Below, one piece after another: positions 23,864-35,298 of a stretch of DNA of 64,000 nucleotides. Numbering within the stretch: position 1 is the first letter of the stretch; every line of letters starts with the position of its first letter. The translations under genes and the position numbers were made by a program. Below the pieces are notes generated by a model. That model was not told the DNA's origin and did no database searches. It saw nothing but the letters and a program-made list of their open reading frames with translations. This DNA is from Craspedostauros australis (lineage: Eukaryota): NCBI GenBank assembly GCA_030167865.1, contig JALAGF010006284.1, positions 1 through 64,000 on the forward strand, given 5' to 3'.

Positions 23864-23873
23864 TTGACGTCAA
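23864..23873. promoter_or_regulatory. Palindromic TTGACGTCAA (CRE / aureochrome-bZIP type site) ~270 bp upstream of the hemE start
   Basis: Perfect 10-bp palindrome containing TGACGT; function is inferred only. Confidence 0.35.
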
Positions 23874-24599
23874 TCACGATAAATCTCAGTCTTGTTTGCG
23901 AACATGTGACAAGTTGGACCAACATATCGACGACTTGCTCGATCGATGTGTCCGTATGAAGTGTTCAACAGACAGTAGTCTTTCCACAAACATACATACA
24001 TACAGACAGACATTCCGATTATTGTGAATGTCCGCCAATATTTTAACGAACGAAAATCGTTCGCGGACAACAAATACGATCTGTCTTGATCTTGGCATAA
24101 TCGTAATCGTGAAGTTGGCGCTTCCTGTGACTTTGGGTGCTTGTTGGCGTTATTGTTTTGCCTTCTCTTGCCGTGTTGGTGCACAGATCAAGATCAAACT
24201 GCGAAATCAACAACCGATCATGGCGCGCCATGCCTCACGACTGTGGTTGGCGCCGAAGAAGGAGGGATGATGATACAACACGATTCGAGCAGCAGCAGCG
24301 GATGGATCGTGTTGTTGCGCTTTGTTTCAGTATTCTATGCTTTGCTATAATACATGATGGTGTGGGGTGTGTCTTTCGTTTGTCTCTATGTTGATATGTG
24401 TTGTACGTATTGTGTTGTTGTTGCTGCTGTGGCCATCTTCTCTTTGCATCCATACCCATGCCCCCGATGAATGTCATTGTGGAGCAATGCAATGTGTGTC
24501 TGCAAGAGAGAGGCCAATCGCAGGCGTTTGACGGAACGAAGCAATCCAATCTGCTCCGACCGTGCCTCTATGCCTGCCAGCCTGTGTCGCTGTCGCTTT

Positions 24600-25634
24600 C
24601 TAGCATCCTCTCTTGCTGCATCCGTACATGTAGATCGTGTCGGAAATGGCCTTGAAGACAGCATACCGCTTGTCCGCGATTGTGCGGTCGCCATTTGCCG
24701 CGCATTCGAGGCTGCCGTTGACCTTCTTGGTGGTGTAGCCGAAGTTGCCGCTGTTGTCGAACATGTACTTCTCGAAGAACCAGGCTGCGGAGTCGAGAGC
24801 GTACTCGTTGGCGACCTTGTCGGGGTTGTTGAAGAAGAAGTCGGGGTCGGTGATCTGGGACGATGGGTCGTTGGCTCTGTCCGCGCCGTACGCCTTGTAG
24901 TTGTAGCACCACGACAGCTGCATGTATCCGCGTCCGTAGTAGAACTGGCCGTTGTTGGGATCCTGCATTCCGCTCGCCATGGCGTCGCAATCCTGGTAGT
25001 GCTCGCGCGCCGACATGAAGCCCGTGGTGGCCGCGATCTCCTCGGTGTAGGTGAAGCCGACGGATTCCCAGATCATCTGAGCGATGAAGGCTGTCTGCTG
25101 GTAGATCGAGTAGTTCTGCGTGATGTCGTTGAGCTTGTCGACGAGCTCCTGCGTGATCTGCGCGTTCTTGCCTTGCATGGTGTTGTACTTCGTGATGCCG
25201 GCCTCGATCTGCCACAGCGACAGCCTCTGGGCTGGCGAGGTGTGCGAGTACGTCTTGAGCACGGGTCGGACGGTTGGACCAGTGGTGGTGGTTGCCGTTG
25301 TCGTTGTGATCATCTCGCAGGTCTTGCCGTCGCCTGCGTATCCCAGCCAGCAGATGCAGACGAAGCCACCGGCGACGTTTTCGCACGTTGATTGCTGGGA
25401 GCAGTCATTCAGGGATGGATTGCCGCAGTAGTCGACGAAGCCTCGCAGGCCGTTGGTGGGAGCCGCCGTCGGCTGTGTGTCTTCGCAATCCATCGATGGC
25501 TTGACGCCCATCGACCGCAGGCTGTCTGCGAATCTCGCGAGGCCTTCGTAGGTGGAGGCTTCAGCTGTTGGCATCGTGAGGCATGCCAACAGCATCAGGC
25601 CGATGGTCTTCATCAACATTCTCGTAGTCTGCAT
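24600..25634 (-). CDS. Secreted EGF-domain + glycoside hydrolase family 19 (chitinase-like) protein, copy 1
   Basis: Signal peptide from ATG 25634; EGF_3-like 'CSQQSTCENVAGGFVCICWLGYAGDGKTC'; Thr linker; GH19 motifs 'FIAQMIWES...TEE', 'YYGRGYMQLSWCYNY', 'SAAWFF', 'VNGSLEC'. Confidence 0.9.
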   Translation of the reverse strand: MQTTRMLMKTIGLMLLACLTMPTAEASTYEGLARFADSLRSMGVKPSMDCEDTQPTAAPTNGLRGFVDYCGNPSLNDCSQQSTCENVAGGFVCICWLGYAGDGKTCEMITTTTATTTTGPTVRPVLKTYSHTSPAQRLSLWQIEAGITKYNTMQGKNAQITQELVDKLNDITQNYSIYQQTAFIAQMIWESVGFTYTEEIAATTGFMSAREHYQDCDAMASGMQDPNNGQFYYGRGYMQLSWCYNYKAYGADRANDPSSQITDPDFFFNNPDKVANEYALDSAAWFFEKYMFDNSGNFGYTTKKVNGSLECAANGDRTIADKRYAVFKAISDTIYMYGCSKRGC

Positions 25635-27516
25635 GGTCTGTATTGGTTCTGTTGCTATTGCTATTGCTATTGCTGTTGTATGAATGTATGGATGTGTGGC
25701 AGCTTTTGGGCGTTGGATTGTGCGCAAGACAAATTTTTATGAGACTGCAGAGACAGGTGAACCATGGTGTTGGGAACATTGCGCACCATCGTCTGCATGA
25801 AGGGGCAATGTTATCGTTGTTTTTGCGCCCTCTTCGTCGCTGCGTGCACACCACATCGGCACGAAAAGGCGTTGAAGGTGGCATGCGCACGTTGTTTGCC
25901 GCACGTGTTGTGTTTACCACCAATCCAGCGGAACATTTCCGACATGAAAAACAATTAGGCCATCGTTTCGGTTGTGACCGATAAATGCCATGACTGCCGG
26001 ACTGTCGGAGCTATTCCAGGGTCACAACGCACAAATAATGTTTGACGACGGAGCGCGACGACACAAATGTCATGTCGGCGTCACATTCTCTTTGAGGGGC
26101 TAATCATTCATGCTTCTTGGCGTGTCCGTGTGACACATCGCGAGTATGGACATAACAGCCTGTTCCAAAAATACGGTAAAGCATAAAGCCACTCTGCGGG
26201 CATCAGACTCACTGTTCGAAGAAGAAAAGAGCGTACAGCGCTTGTGAAGTTTGTATCAGCGTCGTGTGTCGTGTTGAAGCAGAACAGATCAACACTGCAG
26301 AAGTAAGCCCGTGATGACTATGCCCGTGCCGGTAACACTGCCGATCAGAAACAAACCAAAGTCGCAAAAGGGGAACGGCGAAACGGTTCAATACTTTTGG
26401 CACCTTTCGGGCGCACATTCATCAACGGCAATACAGTCACGGCTCTGCGTGGCTTGCAACTGACTGAACGGTGGTTGCATGGCTCCTTTCGGCATCGTCG
26501 TGGACGGCCTCATGTTCACAAAGAGTTGCACACTCTCAGAACATCATCATGTGGTGCGAAGCAGAGTTTCCCCTTGGCGTCAGCGTATGAAACACGCACA
26601 AACGTATTCACGCACGGCGCCAGGACCCTTCTTCCCCTCTCTCGTGTTGTACCTGGATCGGCACATTGCAGCCAAAGAAACCGCCGATTCCGTTTGCATC
26701 AACACGGAATGGCTTGCAAAGAGAGAAGGTCTCCATTCGCGCACTGCCTTTTGGGTGCGGAGACGTTCAGTCTCCATCGTCGACAGGGCATGGTGGAAGA
26801 TCGTCTGCGTCGAAGGATCTCTGGGCTCGTCTGATGGTGTGAACTGGAGAGTATGGGTAAAGGCAGAGCGCAGCGGAGATTCATCGTTCTCGGTGTTCAT
26901 GCTTTACCTACGTAGTAGCCGCAGCATCAATAGTATTGCTCGCGGCACATGATTGTATCAGACGCATCAGTTGCCTACACTACTGCCACCAATGAGATCA
27001 CATGACGATGATACATGCCCGCAGATGTGCGTGGAAGTCTTCTGCTCCGTTCAAGCCGTGATCGCAGAGACTTCCACGACCTTGCAGGTGCACAGCCGAT
27101 CGTGGGAAGGACGAAATGGTCCCACACCCCCATCCAACGAATTGCATCCCAACAAGCTAAAGATTGAAAGAGAGATTGATGTTTTTGATGGACGAGCTGT
27201 GGCATTGTAGTCGTACCCAAGCACCGGATGTAAGTTCACGCTCATCCACGGGGACGAGGCCCCTACACCGTCCGAGCTATGGTGCTCTGAGGCTACGGCC
27301 ATCGCCATCTTCGCTAGTGCTGATGTCGCTGGCCAGTCGTACAACACGTCTCATACGAGCTACTTTGTCCGGTCTTCGCGCCATCTCCATCCGTGGAATC
27401 TTTTCCTCTGGACCTGGAGCCACCACCGAATCTTATTCTTAAACTGCTCGTGTTTGTGATCTTGTGCTTGAGCTGGCCAAGCCAGTCATTTTCGGTCGTC
27501 ACGTTTTCCTCCTTTG

Positions 27517-28572
27517 TCATTGGGAGGCCGTCTTTGTTGTTCGTTCTTTGCGAAAGATCAAGAGCTCGGCGCCTGCACTCTGCCATTCCTCCATGCGTGC
27601 CTGCCGCGCGTTAGTACGAGCATCCGCGGTCGTATCTTTTCGGCCTTCGCCATGTCCATCTCCTTCTCTTTTCGGCAGCGCCGTTCCCACCGTCGTCGTT
27701 TCTTGCCCATCACGAGTCCTTGCCGCCGACAACACGTCAAGCGGCCGCACGACACGGTCCAATACGAACAATGGCGCCGCGACATCGAGAATGTACTCAT
27801 GGATGGTGGTGTACACCTTGCCTTCGTCGCATGGCAATGCCGCGCGTGGCACATGAGATAGAACGAAGACACCGCCATCCTGCAAGCAACCGTGCGCGGA
27901 CCGCAGCAACGGCACGACGGCTCCGCAATCGTAGATCACATCCGTGGCGATCACCGTATCGAAGGCGCACTGGACCGCATCCGGAACCATCGTTGATGCG
28001 TCTGTCACCCATTGCAGGCAGTGCGCCTCGACAGTCACATGCCGCATCTCTTCGCTCAGATTGTGTTGGATATTCTTGTGCGCCAACTCCAGACAATCCT
28101 CGGCGTTGTCTGTCAGAATGGCTCGTCGCAGGAGACCACCATTCTGCTTCTCTTCGCGTTGCTCCGGTTGCCCTCCTTCCTGCCACTGTTCTTCCCAATG
28201 CCGACGACAACAGTACTTGACCACCGCTATTCCGGACAATCCCGTTCCACACCCCAGCTCCAGCATATGCTTGGGATGCGGTAGAAATCGTCTTGTGCCT
28301 CCCCAAAGGTGCGCAATGCACTCCAAAAAGAATCGAGCACCCATCCAAATGCGATGTCCCGTCGCATCTTCCGTGCCGCACGATAGATTCATCATATCCA
28401 ACGGCGATAAGCTTGCGACGCTGCGAATGTGCAACGCCACATGCTGTGCTTGCGTATGGAAGGATACCGTGGCGATGGGATGCTGCTGGAATCGATTGCC
28501 GTCCGACAACAGATGAGACCAATCGTCTTCTTCTTCCGCAGTGGTGGCTGTGTCATCGTTGTTCGTGCGCAT
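27517..28572 (-). CDS. SAM-dependent methyltransferase, Methyltransf_16 (METTL21/EEF2KMT-like protein lysine methyltransferase) family
   Basis: 'TGHRIW', motif I 'LELGCGTGLSGI', 'LTD', 'LQW', 'FDTVIATDVIYD'. Confidence 0.88.
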   Translation of the reverse strand: MRTNNDDTATTAEEEDDWSHLLSDGNRFQQHPIATVSFHTQAQHVALHIRSVASLSPLDMMNLSCGTEDATGHRIWMGARFFLECIAHLWGGTRRFLPHPKHMLELGCGTGLSGIAVVKYCCRRHWEEQWQEGGQPEQREEKQNGGLLRRAILTDNAEDCLELAHKNIQHNLSEEMRHVTVEAHCLQWVTDASTMVPDAVQCAFDTVIATDVIYDCGAVVPLLRSAHGCLQDGGVFVLSHVPRAALPCDEGKVYTTIHEYILDVAAPLFVLDRVVRPLDVLSAARTRDGQETTTVGTALPKREGDGHGEGRKDTTADARTNARQARMEEWQSAGAELLIFRKERTTKTASQ

Positions 28573-28980
28573 CGTTTGCTACGTTAAGTCTGTGATGTGT
28601 CGCGACGTCATCAGAGAAAGAGAGAGGCGGTGTGCCAATCAAGCCTGCTTCGTCTTGATGTGTTGCTGTCGCCATCAATCTTGTTGTTGTCCACATGATG
28701 GCGCCAAAACGACAACAAGATCTTTGGCTGTGTATTGCTGTTGGTGACAAAATTACGAAATGGTTGGCTGTTATCATTCAAGACATATCACAAACAGTCG
28801 CCTATTTCAAACAAACAAACAAACATACGAGTACAATTGCAAACATCCAACTCCAACCTGACAGCCAAAGTTACATCATTTTTTGTTGTGATTTCCGTTA
28901 TTTTACGCATCTATTTTCTTCGGTATCGTCAGCACCTGATGCTGCTTCTCTCTATGGTGTGATTTGCACATTGCGCTTCT

Positions 28981-30147
28981 CTAATCGCATCCTTCGTCCG
29001 TGTACCCGACGAGGCCGACTTCCGTCGCGAGGGCGTCGAAGATCTGGAATCGCTTGACCGGGATGGGCGATGCGCCGTTGCATTCCATGAAGCCGTTGAT
29101 GGCCATCGTCGTTTCACCGAATCGGCCCGAATTGTCGCGCACGTTGGCCTCGAAGAACCACGCGGCGGAATCCATGGCGTAGTCTGTGGCCACGACGTTG
29201 GGATGGTTGTAGAAGAAGTCGGGATCCGTGATGCCGGAACCTGGCTGTCTGGCACGCGCGGCGCCGTAGGCCTTGTAGTTGGCGCACCACGACAGCTGCA
29301 TGTAACCGCGTCCGTAGAAGACTTGGCCGTTGTCGGGCCGCTGCATACCGGGCTGGGCCCAGCTGCAGTCCTGGTAGCTGTTGCGCGTGCGCATACCGTC
29401 CGTCGTGGCGGCGATCTCCTCGGTGTAGGAGTAGGCCACGGATTCCCAGATGGTCTGCGCGACGAATGCGAGCTGGCGGTACAACGTGTAGGTGTTGGTG
29501 CGCTTGTTGATCTCGTCGACGATGTCCTGACTGACCTGCACGTTGGATCCCTGCAGCTCGTTGTACTTGTCGACGGCCACCTGCACCTGGTCGACTGTCA
29601 GAGTGACGGCTCGGGAGCTGAGGTCGTGCTCCACCACGAGGTTGCGATCGGAGGCCTCATCGCTCTTCTCCTCCAACGTGACGGTTTCGGTCGAGACCTC
29701 GACGTCCTTCGTGCCATCGGGCTTGGTCGTGGTCTTGACGAGGGTCGTCGTCGTCGTGACGGTCTTGGTGAAGACGGTGCCGCTGCTGTCGCCATCGGGC
29801 ACGACCTGCGGCGGCGACTCCTCGGTGGCCTTCTCCGTGACGATCGCCTGCTCCGCATCGCACGCGAATCCGTCGCCGGTGAATCCTTCCTTGCAGACAC
29901 ACTTGTACCACTTCTTGAGACGCTGGATGCACTGCGCGTTGGGGTCGCAGTTGTTGGTGTTGGGGTCACTGCAGTATCCCTTGCCGCCGCGCTCTTCCAA
30001 CGAGCGGTAGTTGCCGCGCAGGTTGCGCTCCAGTCGTTCGTGTTCGAGGTGGTTGACAGTGGCTTCGCGTGGCGAGACAGCGGCCGAGGTGCGGTCGGTG
30101 TTGGCCAGCGCGATGGTCATGAGGAGGCAGCATGTGGTGATCTTCAT
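28981..30147 (-). CDS. Secreted EGF-domain + GH19 chitinase-like protein, copy 2
   Basis: Signal peptide; EGF 'CDPNAQC...YKCVCKEGFTGDGFAC'; Thr-rich linker; 'FVAQTIWES...TEE', 'FYGRGYMQLSWCANY', 'SAAWFF', 'INGFMEC'; clear paralogue of 24600-25634. Confidence 0.9.
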   Translation of the reverse strand: MKITTCCLLMTIALANTDRTSAAVSPREATVNHLEHERLERNLRGNYRSLEERGGKGYCSDPNTNNCDPNAQCIQRLKKWYKCVCKEGFTGDGFACDAEQAIVTEKATEESPPQVVPDGDSSGTVFTKTVTTTTTLVKTTTKPDGTKDVEVSTETVTLEEKSDEASDRNLVVEHDLSSRAVTLTVDQVQVAVDKYNELQGSNVQVSQDIVDEINKRTNTYTLYRQLAFVAQTIWESVAYSYTEEIAATTDGMRTRNSYQDCSWAQPGMQRPDNGQVFYGRGYMQLSWCANYKAYGAARARQPGSGITDPDFFYNHPNVVATDYAMDSAAWFFEANVRDNSGRFGETTMAINGFMECNGASPIPVKRFQIFDALATEVGLVGYTDEGCD

Positions 30148-31379
30148 GGTGGACAGTATTGGTCTGTGTTGTAAAATACTTTAATATAAAGTATTATATG
30201 AGTGGTATGGATTATATGAGGGTGATGGTTGGCTTGGTTGGTGGCTGTTTGTCAGTCGTTCGAAAGCGTTCGATTGTTGTTGGTACGGTTGGTACGCTTG
30301 ATTGTCACTGCGGCAGATGTTGCTGCTGTTTGTTTGGGTTTTGCAGTTGTGGCTGGATTGATTTTGTGAGCAGAGTTGGAGCTGTCGATCACAATCCTTC
30401 TCTGGTTTGCGAGAAGGGCCGTTGTCGCGAGTGCTGGATGTTGTTATCGGTGCTGTTCAAGATGCTGTTGTTGTGGTGGATGTCGATGTTGATGAGAGGC
30501 TGTCCTGTGATCACGTGTGTTGTGGGCTTTGCTGCTGTTCTTGTTGGTTGTTCGCCTGTTGGTTGTTGTTGTTGTTGTTGTTGTCGTTGTTGGTTTGTGT
30601 GGTGCTTTGTGCGGTGTTGGACTGCTCACGCATCGTTGTTGCCGTTTTGTGTTCGGATGTGACACTAAAGCCAAAATGCTGCGCACAATCCCGAGTACTA
30701 TTCCTGTCGCAGCGACAATCGTCATAAACAATGCTGGTCGGCGAATCCCAAAGGATCACAATGTCCTTAAGTCTCATGTGTCCAGGCTTCCTTATTTCTT
30801 TCCCCTTTCTCCGTATTGCCTTGTCCAGCGTTCTCGACGTCCGTGACTCACGCTGAGACAGAAAAGGCTCTCACAATTGACCGAAAATGTGGCGCGATGG
30901 GAGAAATTGCCGCATGGATTCGCCACGCAAGTGACATCATCCTTTCGGTCCGGCCGTCCCATGACCATGGAGAATCATAGATCGTCGTGCTGTGTAGCAA
31001 AGGGATCCTCTCTGACCTCATCTATTGTTTCAATATTTACTCCACGTAGTATATGTATGAGGGGAATGACTGCTGCTATGTGTTACATATTCGTGCACAT
31101 CCTGAGATGCATAGAAGATGCATTCCTCTCTCGACAGGTTGTTCCGGTCTTGCCAAAGTTACTGCAATCTGTTGTTGCAAAGACCACGACGACGGCGGAA
31201 GAGTATTCAATCGACATACGAGTGGAGGAACTTGTGTTCCATGCACGGCCACCGTCGCCCTTAGGATCTCCCCGACATCTCTCTTTCCAACATCCGACGG
31301 GTCTTGCAGTCTCTGATGCACATCGTAATATGGACTGCTATTTGCACTGCTCGACAGTGTAGTACAGAGAGGAATCGTA

Positions 31380-33515
31380 TCAAATTGCAACGCGTTCGAC
31401 ATGGTCGACGTAATCGGTACCGACATAGTGCCCGCCTTCTAACTTCTCACGCTCCGCCTCTTGATGGTGGTGCTGATCGTGATGTTGGTCTTGGTCTTGC
31501 TTGTCAGCCTCCTCTTGAGCTGAGGAAGTCGCGACGGCGGACTGCTGCTGCTGCTGCTGCTGTTCGTGATCTCCTTCTTCGTCATCGACCACCGGATTAT
31601 CGTCATCGTTCATCACAACATCCGCCGCCCCTTCTGTCGTCGCATCCTCCTGTACGACGGTTGGTTGCTGCGCAACTCTCATGCGAGGCTCGACACGGCG
31701 TGCCATCTTCGCCGCGTTGCGCAACCGTTCGCATTCATCATTCGCCATGTCCATGAGGTCCTGGATCTGCTGTGCGATGGCATCCTGACGAGAGCGTTCC
31801 ATATCCTGCACGGTCGTCATCATGTACGAGGAGTACTGCATGCAACAGTGCTTGCAGCAGATCAGGCCGCCGGGTCCACCCGTGGGGCACGTCGAAGCGT
31901 ATGTCGTGGGTGCGCTGTCTTGCGTCTTGGTGGCGTGCGCTATGAAAACGCTTTCTCCACCAACACTCTTCTTTGCGTCATCGTGTGTATTATCTTCACG
32001 ATGACCATTATCCTGCTTCTCATCATCGCTCACTTCACTCGTGTGGATTTGCTTATGCGATGCTTCCACCTTATTCCGGTCGAAGATATGGGGTTGGAAG
32101 ATGATTTCCTTCTGGAAGAATTCGGTCGTATCCGCCACACTTTCGTTGTTGCCAACATCGCCACGTTCGTGTTCGTGCCCGTGCAGATCCTCTTCGTAAT
32201 TGCCATCATCGTTCGTCCAATTGGCAGCGTCCTCGTGATTGTCCTCGTGATTGTCCTTTGCGCTTTCCATTGCATTGGTGGATTGCTCCTCAACTTGGCC
32301 GTCCTGTTCGTCTGCGGTCTGTTGAAATGGAGCGTGCAGACGGCGGCGTGGCGATTTCATGTCTTGTGTCGGCGATAACACTTGCTCAGCGTCTTCATCT
32401 AATATTCCTCTTTTTCTTGCCGCTGTCGGTGATGCCATAGCGCTGCTTTGGAACAAGCCGCTCATACCAGTATTATCATGACCATCATCATCGTCATTCG
32501 CAATGTCATTCGCATTGTCATTCGCATGGTTGGTTGGATCCGCATGCGCACGATCACTCGAACGCATCGGTGATGCAACAGCAACACCCTGCAGTGACAA
32601 GGAGGGCACAGGCGAAGCTATCTGATCTTGCGACGGCACGAGAGATTGCATGGGCTTGATCTCCGGCAACAGATCCTCCGCCCGCAGCTTGATATCCAAC
32701 TCTCGCTTCGCCTCCACTTCCAAACTGGCCTTGTCGACGCGGAATCCGGTCGTATCGATGGACGACGCGGCTTGCTTCAATTCTTCTTCCGCCCCTCTGG
32801 CCGACCTATTCTTCGTCTTGGCACGTCGGATGCGCTCGCGCAGATACTTGATCTCCCTCTTCTTGGCCAGATACTCTTCTTCCGCCATACCGAGATACTT
32901 GAGCTTTTGCAACAACAGCGCGCGATTGCGTGCCCGTACACCTGCCGAGATGCGGGCACGATCGGCCGAACTGCGGATCTTGCCCTTATTCCACGGCGTG
33001 TTGCCCGTGTTGGCCTTGCTGATGAGACGCTTGCTGCTGTTGGTGTGGGAGTATCCGCCCTGTGCCGTCTTGCGCAACGTCGAGGGTGTATGGGCGTCGT
33101 CGATCGTTGACGTTTCCCAATCTCGCATGCGCCGACGGCGTTTCTTGGTGGATTCCGAGACATCGGGTGTTTGGAATTCGTCGTCGTCGATTGTTGTTGT
33201 TGCTGTTGCTGCTGCTGTTGCTGTTGTTGTTACTGCTGCTGCTGTCGTTGTTTCCGTGGTCGTGATGTCGATCGTGGCTGGATCGTCTGCATCGTCTGCC
33301 TGCGTGGATGCTGCAGACTTCCGCGGCTTTCTCTTTTTGGGCGTTGTGGATGCTGCTCGTTTTCTCGCCATCATTTTGGTCTGTTTGCTGCGATCATAAT
33401 CGTTATCCGATTCATCGACATCAGAGGATGATGAGGATGGCCGCCAATCCACGTCGCTGGGTGCATTCTTCGCCTCGTTCGTTTTGCCGCTGCTCTCCCT
33501 TCGTGGTCTCGGCAT
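31380..33515 (-). CDS. NUMOD3-motif-containing protein
   Basis: 'HTNSSKRLISKANTGNTPWNKGKIRSSADRARISAGVR' matches tandem NUMOD3; followed by a basic coiled coil and a late 'CPTGGPGGLICCKHC' Cys motif. Confidence 0.72.
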   Translation of the reverse strand: MPRPRRESSGKTNEAKNAPSDVDWRPSSSSSDVDESDNDYDRSKQTKMMARKRAASTTPKKRKPRKSAASTQADDADDPATIDITTTETTTAAAVTTTATAAATATTTIDDDEFQTPDVSESTKKRRRRMRDWETSTIDDAHTPSTLRKTAQGGYSHTNSSKRLISKANTGNTPWNKGKIRSSADRARISAGVRARNRALLLQKLKYLGMAEEEYLAKKREIKYLRERIRRAKTKNRSARGAEEELKQAASSIDTTGFRVDKASLEVEAKRELDIKLRAEDLLPEIKPMQSLVPSQDQIASPVPSLSLQGVAVASPMRSSDRAHADPTNHANDNANDIANDDDDGHDNTGMSGLFQSSAMASPTAARKRGILDEDAEQVLSPTQDMKSPRRRLHAPFQQTADEQDGQVEEQSTNAMESAKDNHEDNHEDAANWTNDDGNYEEDLHGHEHERGDVGNNESVADTTEFFQKEIIFQPHIFDRNKVEASHKQIHTSEVSDDEKQDNGHREDNTHDDAKKSVGGESVFIAHATKTQDSAPTTYASTCPTGGPGGLICCKHCCMQYSSYMMTTVQDMERSRQDAIAQQIQDLMDMANDECERLRNAAKMARRVEPRMRVAQQPTVVQEDATTEGAADVVMNDDDNPVVDDEEGDHEQQQQQQQSAVATSSAQEEADKQDQDQHHDQHHHQEAEREKLEGGHYVGTDYVDHVERVAI

Positions 33516-35298
33516 CTTTGCACGTCTTTCCTTTCACAATCTATCGCTCGCTCTAGCAACTCCAGATTTTGCTGATCCTGCTATTGCTATTGCTGCATGC
33601 AATGGATGTCCAAGTACTCTCCAAGTATAGTATAATAGGATCACAAGAGACAGAACAGAATGAATGATGACTGTGATTGTGCATGTGCATGATGAATTGC
33701 GCGCCAAACATGGATTTCTGGATCTGTCGCTGGTTCACGAGTGGATCTTGAATCGAAAGACAATTCGGTCGTGTATTGGTTTGGTCGTTGGATTCGAATC
33801 ATGAGTACGAAATAACCGTCAAACGATGCGAAAGGCTTTTGAAGCCTTGACAACTGGCACATGTCCCAAATGACCAAGATCACAGGTTCAACGAAGAACG
33901 TTAACGAAGTGACGTATTGTTCCACAACCACGAAAGTGGATCGTCATGGTGGAAATTATCGTTGCATCGCGTTGGGCGAGCTTTGGTCGTAGGGCGTTGG
34001 GTGTTTAGCGGGGAAAAGCGTGCTTTGGACGATCCGAACCAGAAAAAAGAGTAGATCTGCACCAAGAAGACATGGTTCGTTTGAGACATTTGTCTTTCGA
34101 GGTTAGTTGCGTTGCGTTGCGTTTGTTGTGGTGGTTGCAGTTGGTGTCGACCTGTGGCAGGGTGTTTGTGGTCGATGTCTCTTTGGTTTGGCTCTTGAGT
34201 TATCTGTTGGGACTGTTCGTCTTCCCCTGATTGATTGGACTCTTCCCCTGGTTGACCGGACTCTTCACTGGTTCTCGGCGACCGGTCGTTCGGTGGTTCA
34301 CTGGAACCTATTGTGATGCCCGCCATCCTCTTCGTTGCCGTGGCGGTTGCCGGTGAAGTCGGTATGTCTCTCCCTTTGCGATGTGCCACTGGATCATTTT
34401 TGGATTTTTGGAACACTCGCAGCAATCTTGATTGCGTGAAGTCCTCCCGCCATGAAGGCAGAGAGACGACGAATTAAAAAGCAACCAAAGTGGACGAAGA
34501 CCGCGCCGTCAATGGCTGTACGTACGCACTATCACGAACTCACATGGAGTCGCTGATGTCGGTTGCTTGTCGCTCACGGTAGTAGCGCGACGATTGTCAC
34601 GGATCTAGTTGAGACAAAGCAGCTTCTCACATTTTGGACGCAAGAACGTTGTGTTGCGGTCGGCGAAGTTCGTTTGGCGCGCGTGCCTCTGCGTCATTCA
34701 CGTTTGAAGTTCATTTATACGGACTGTTCGCACATAACATTCAGGTCATAAGGTGGTCATTGTACGACATTTGGGCATGTCGCGCAAGACCAGAGGACAA
34801 TTGAATCGGAGGCCACAAAATTATTCACTGTCGCAGTTGCGTGCAGAAGAGAAGGAATTGAGGCGAAGAAGCTGTTGCGGGCACCACAAGCGCGTGACCA
34901 TGAGCAGGACAAGGATGCAAGCGGGACATCACGGGAAGTCAGAAACAGAAACTGTGGCTCTTCTCGTGTCGATGATGCCAATCCGGCACAGGATGGGGCA
35001 TGGTACCGTGGGAGATCACGTGCGTTGGAGGGATAGCTCGCAGATCGTAACCGGTGGGAGTGCTCGTCCTTGAAGATACCAACCAACAGAGAGCAACAGA
35101 GAGCAACAGAAAGCAACACAACTGCTGGAAGAGTGCAAGTTGAGTAAGACGCTGAGTACAACAACGTTGAGGTTTTCATAAATCCAATTTTAACGAACTG
35201 GCAAGGCAACGCTCAATTGCGCGCCAACACCGACCTGAACAAACACACCAAGAACAACACCAAGAACAACACTCAATTCACACGACAATACTATTACC

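Noticed and set aside
25730..27500. Short ORFs between chitinase 1 and the methyltransferase (e.g. 26580-26900)
   Set aside because: Short, no motifs or codon bias; cannot be supported as genes.
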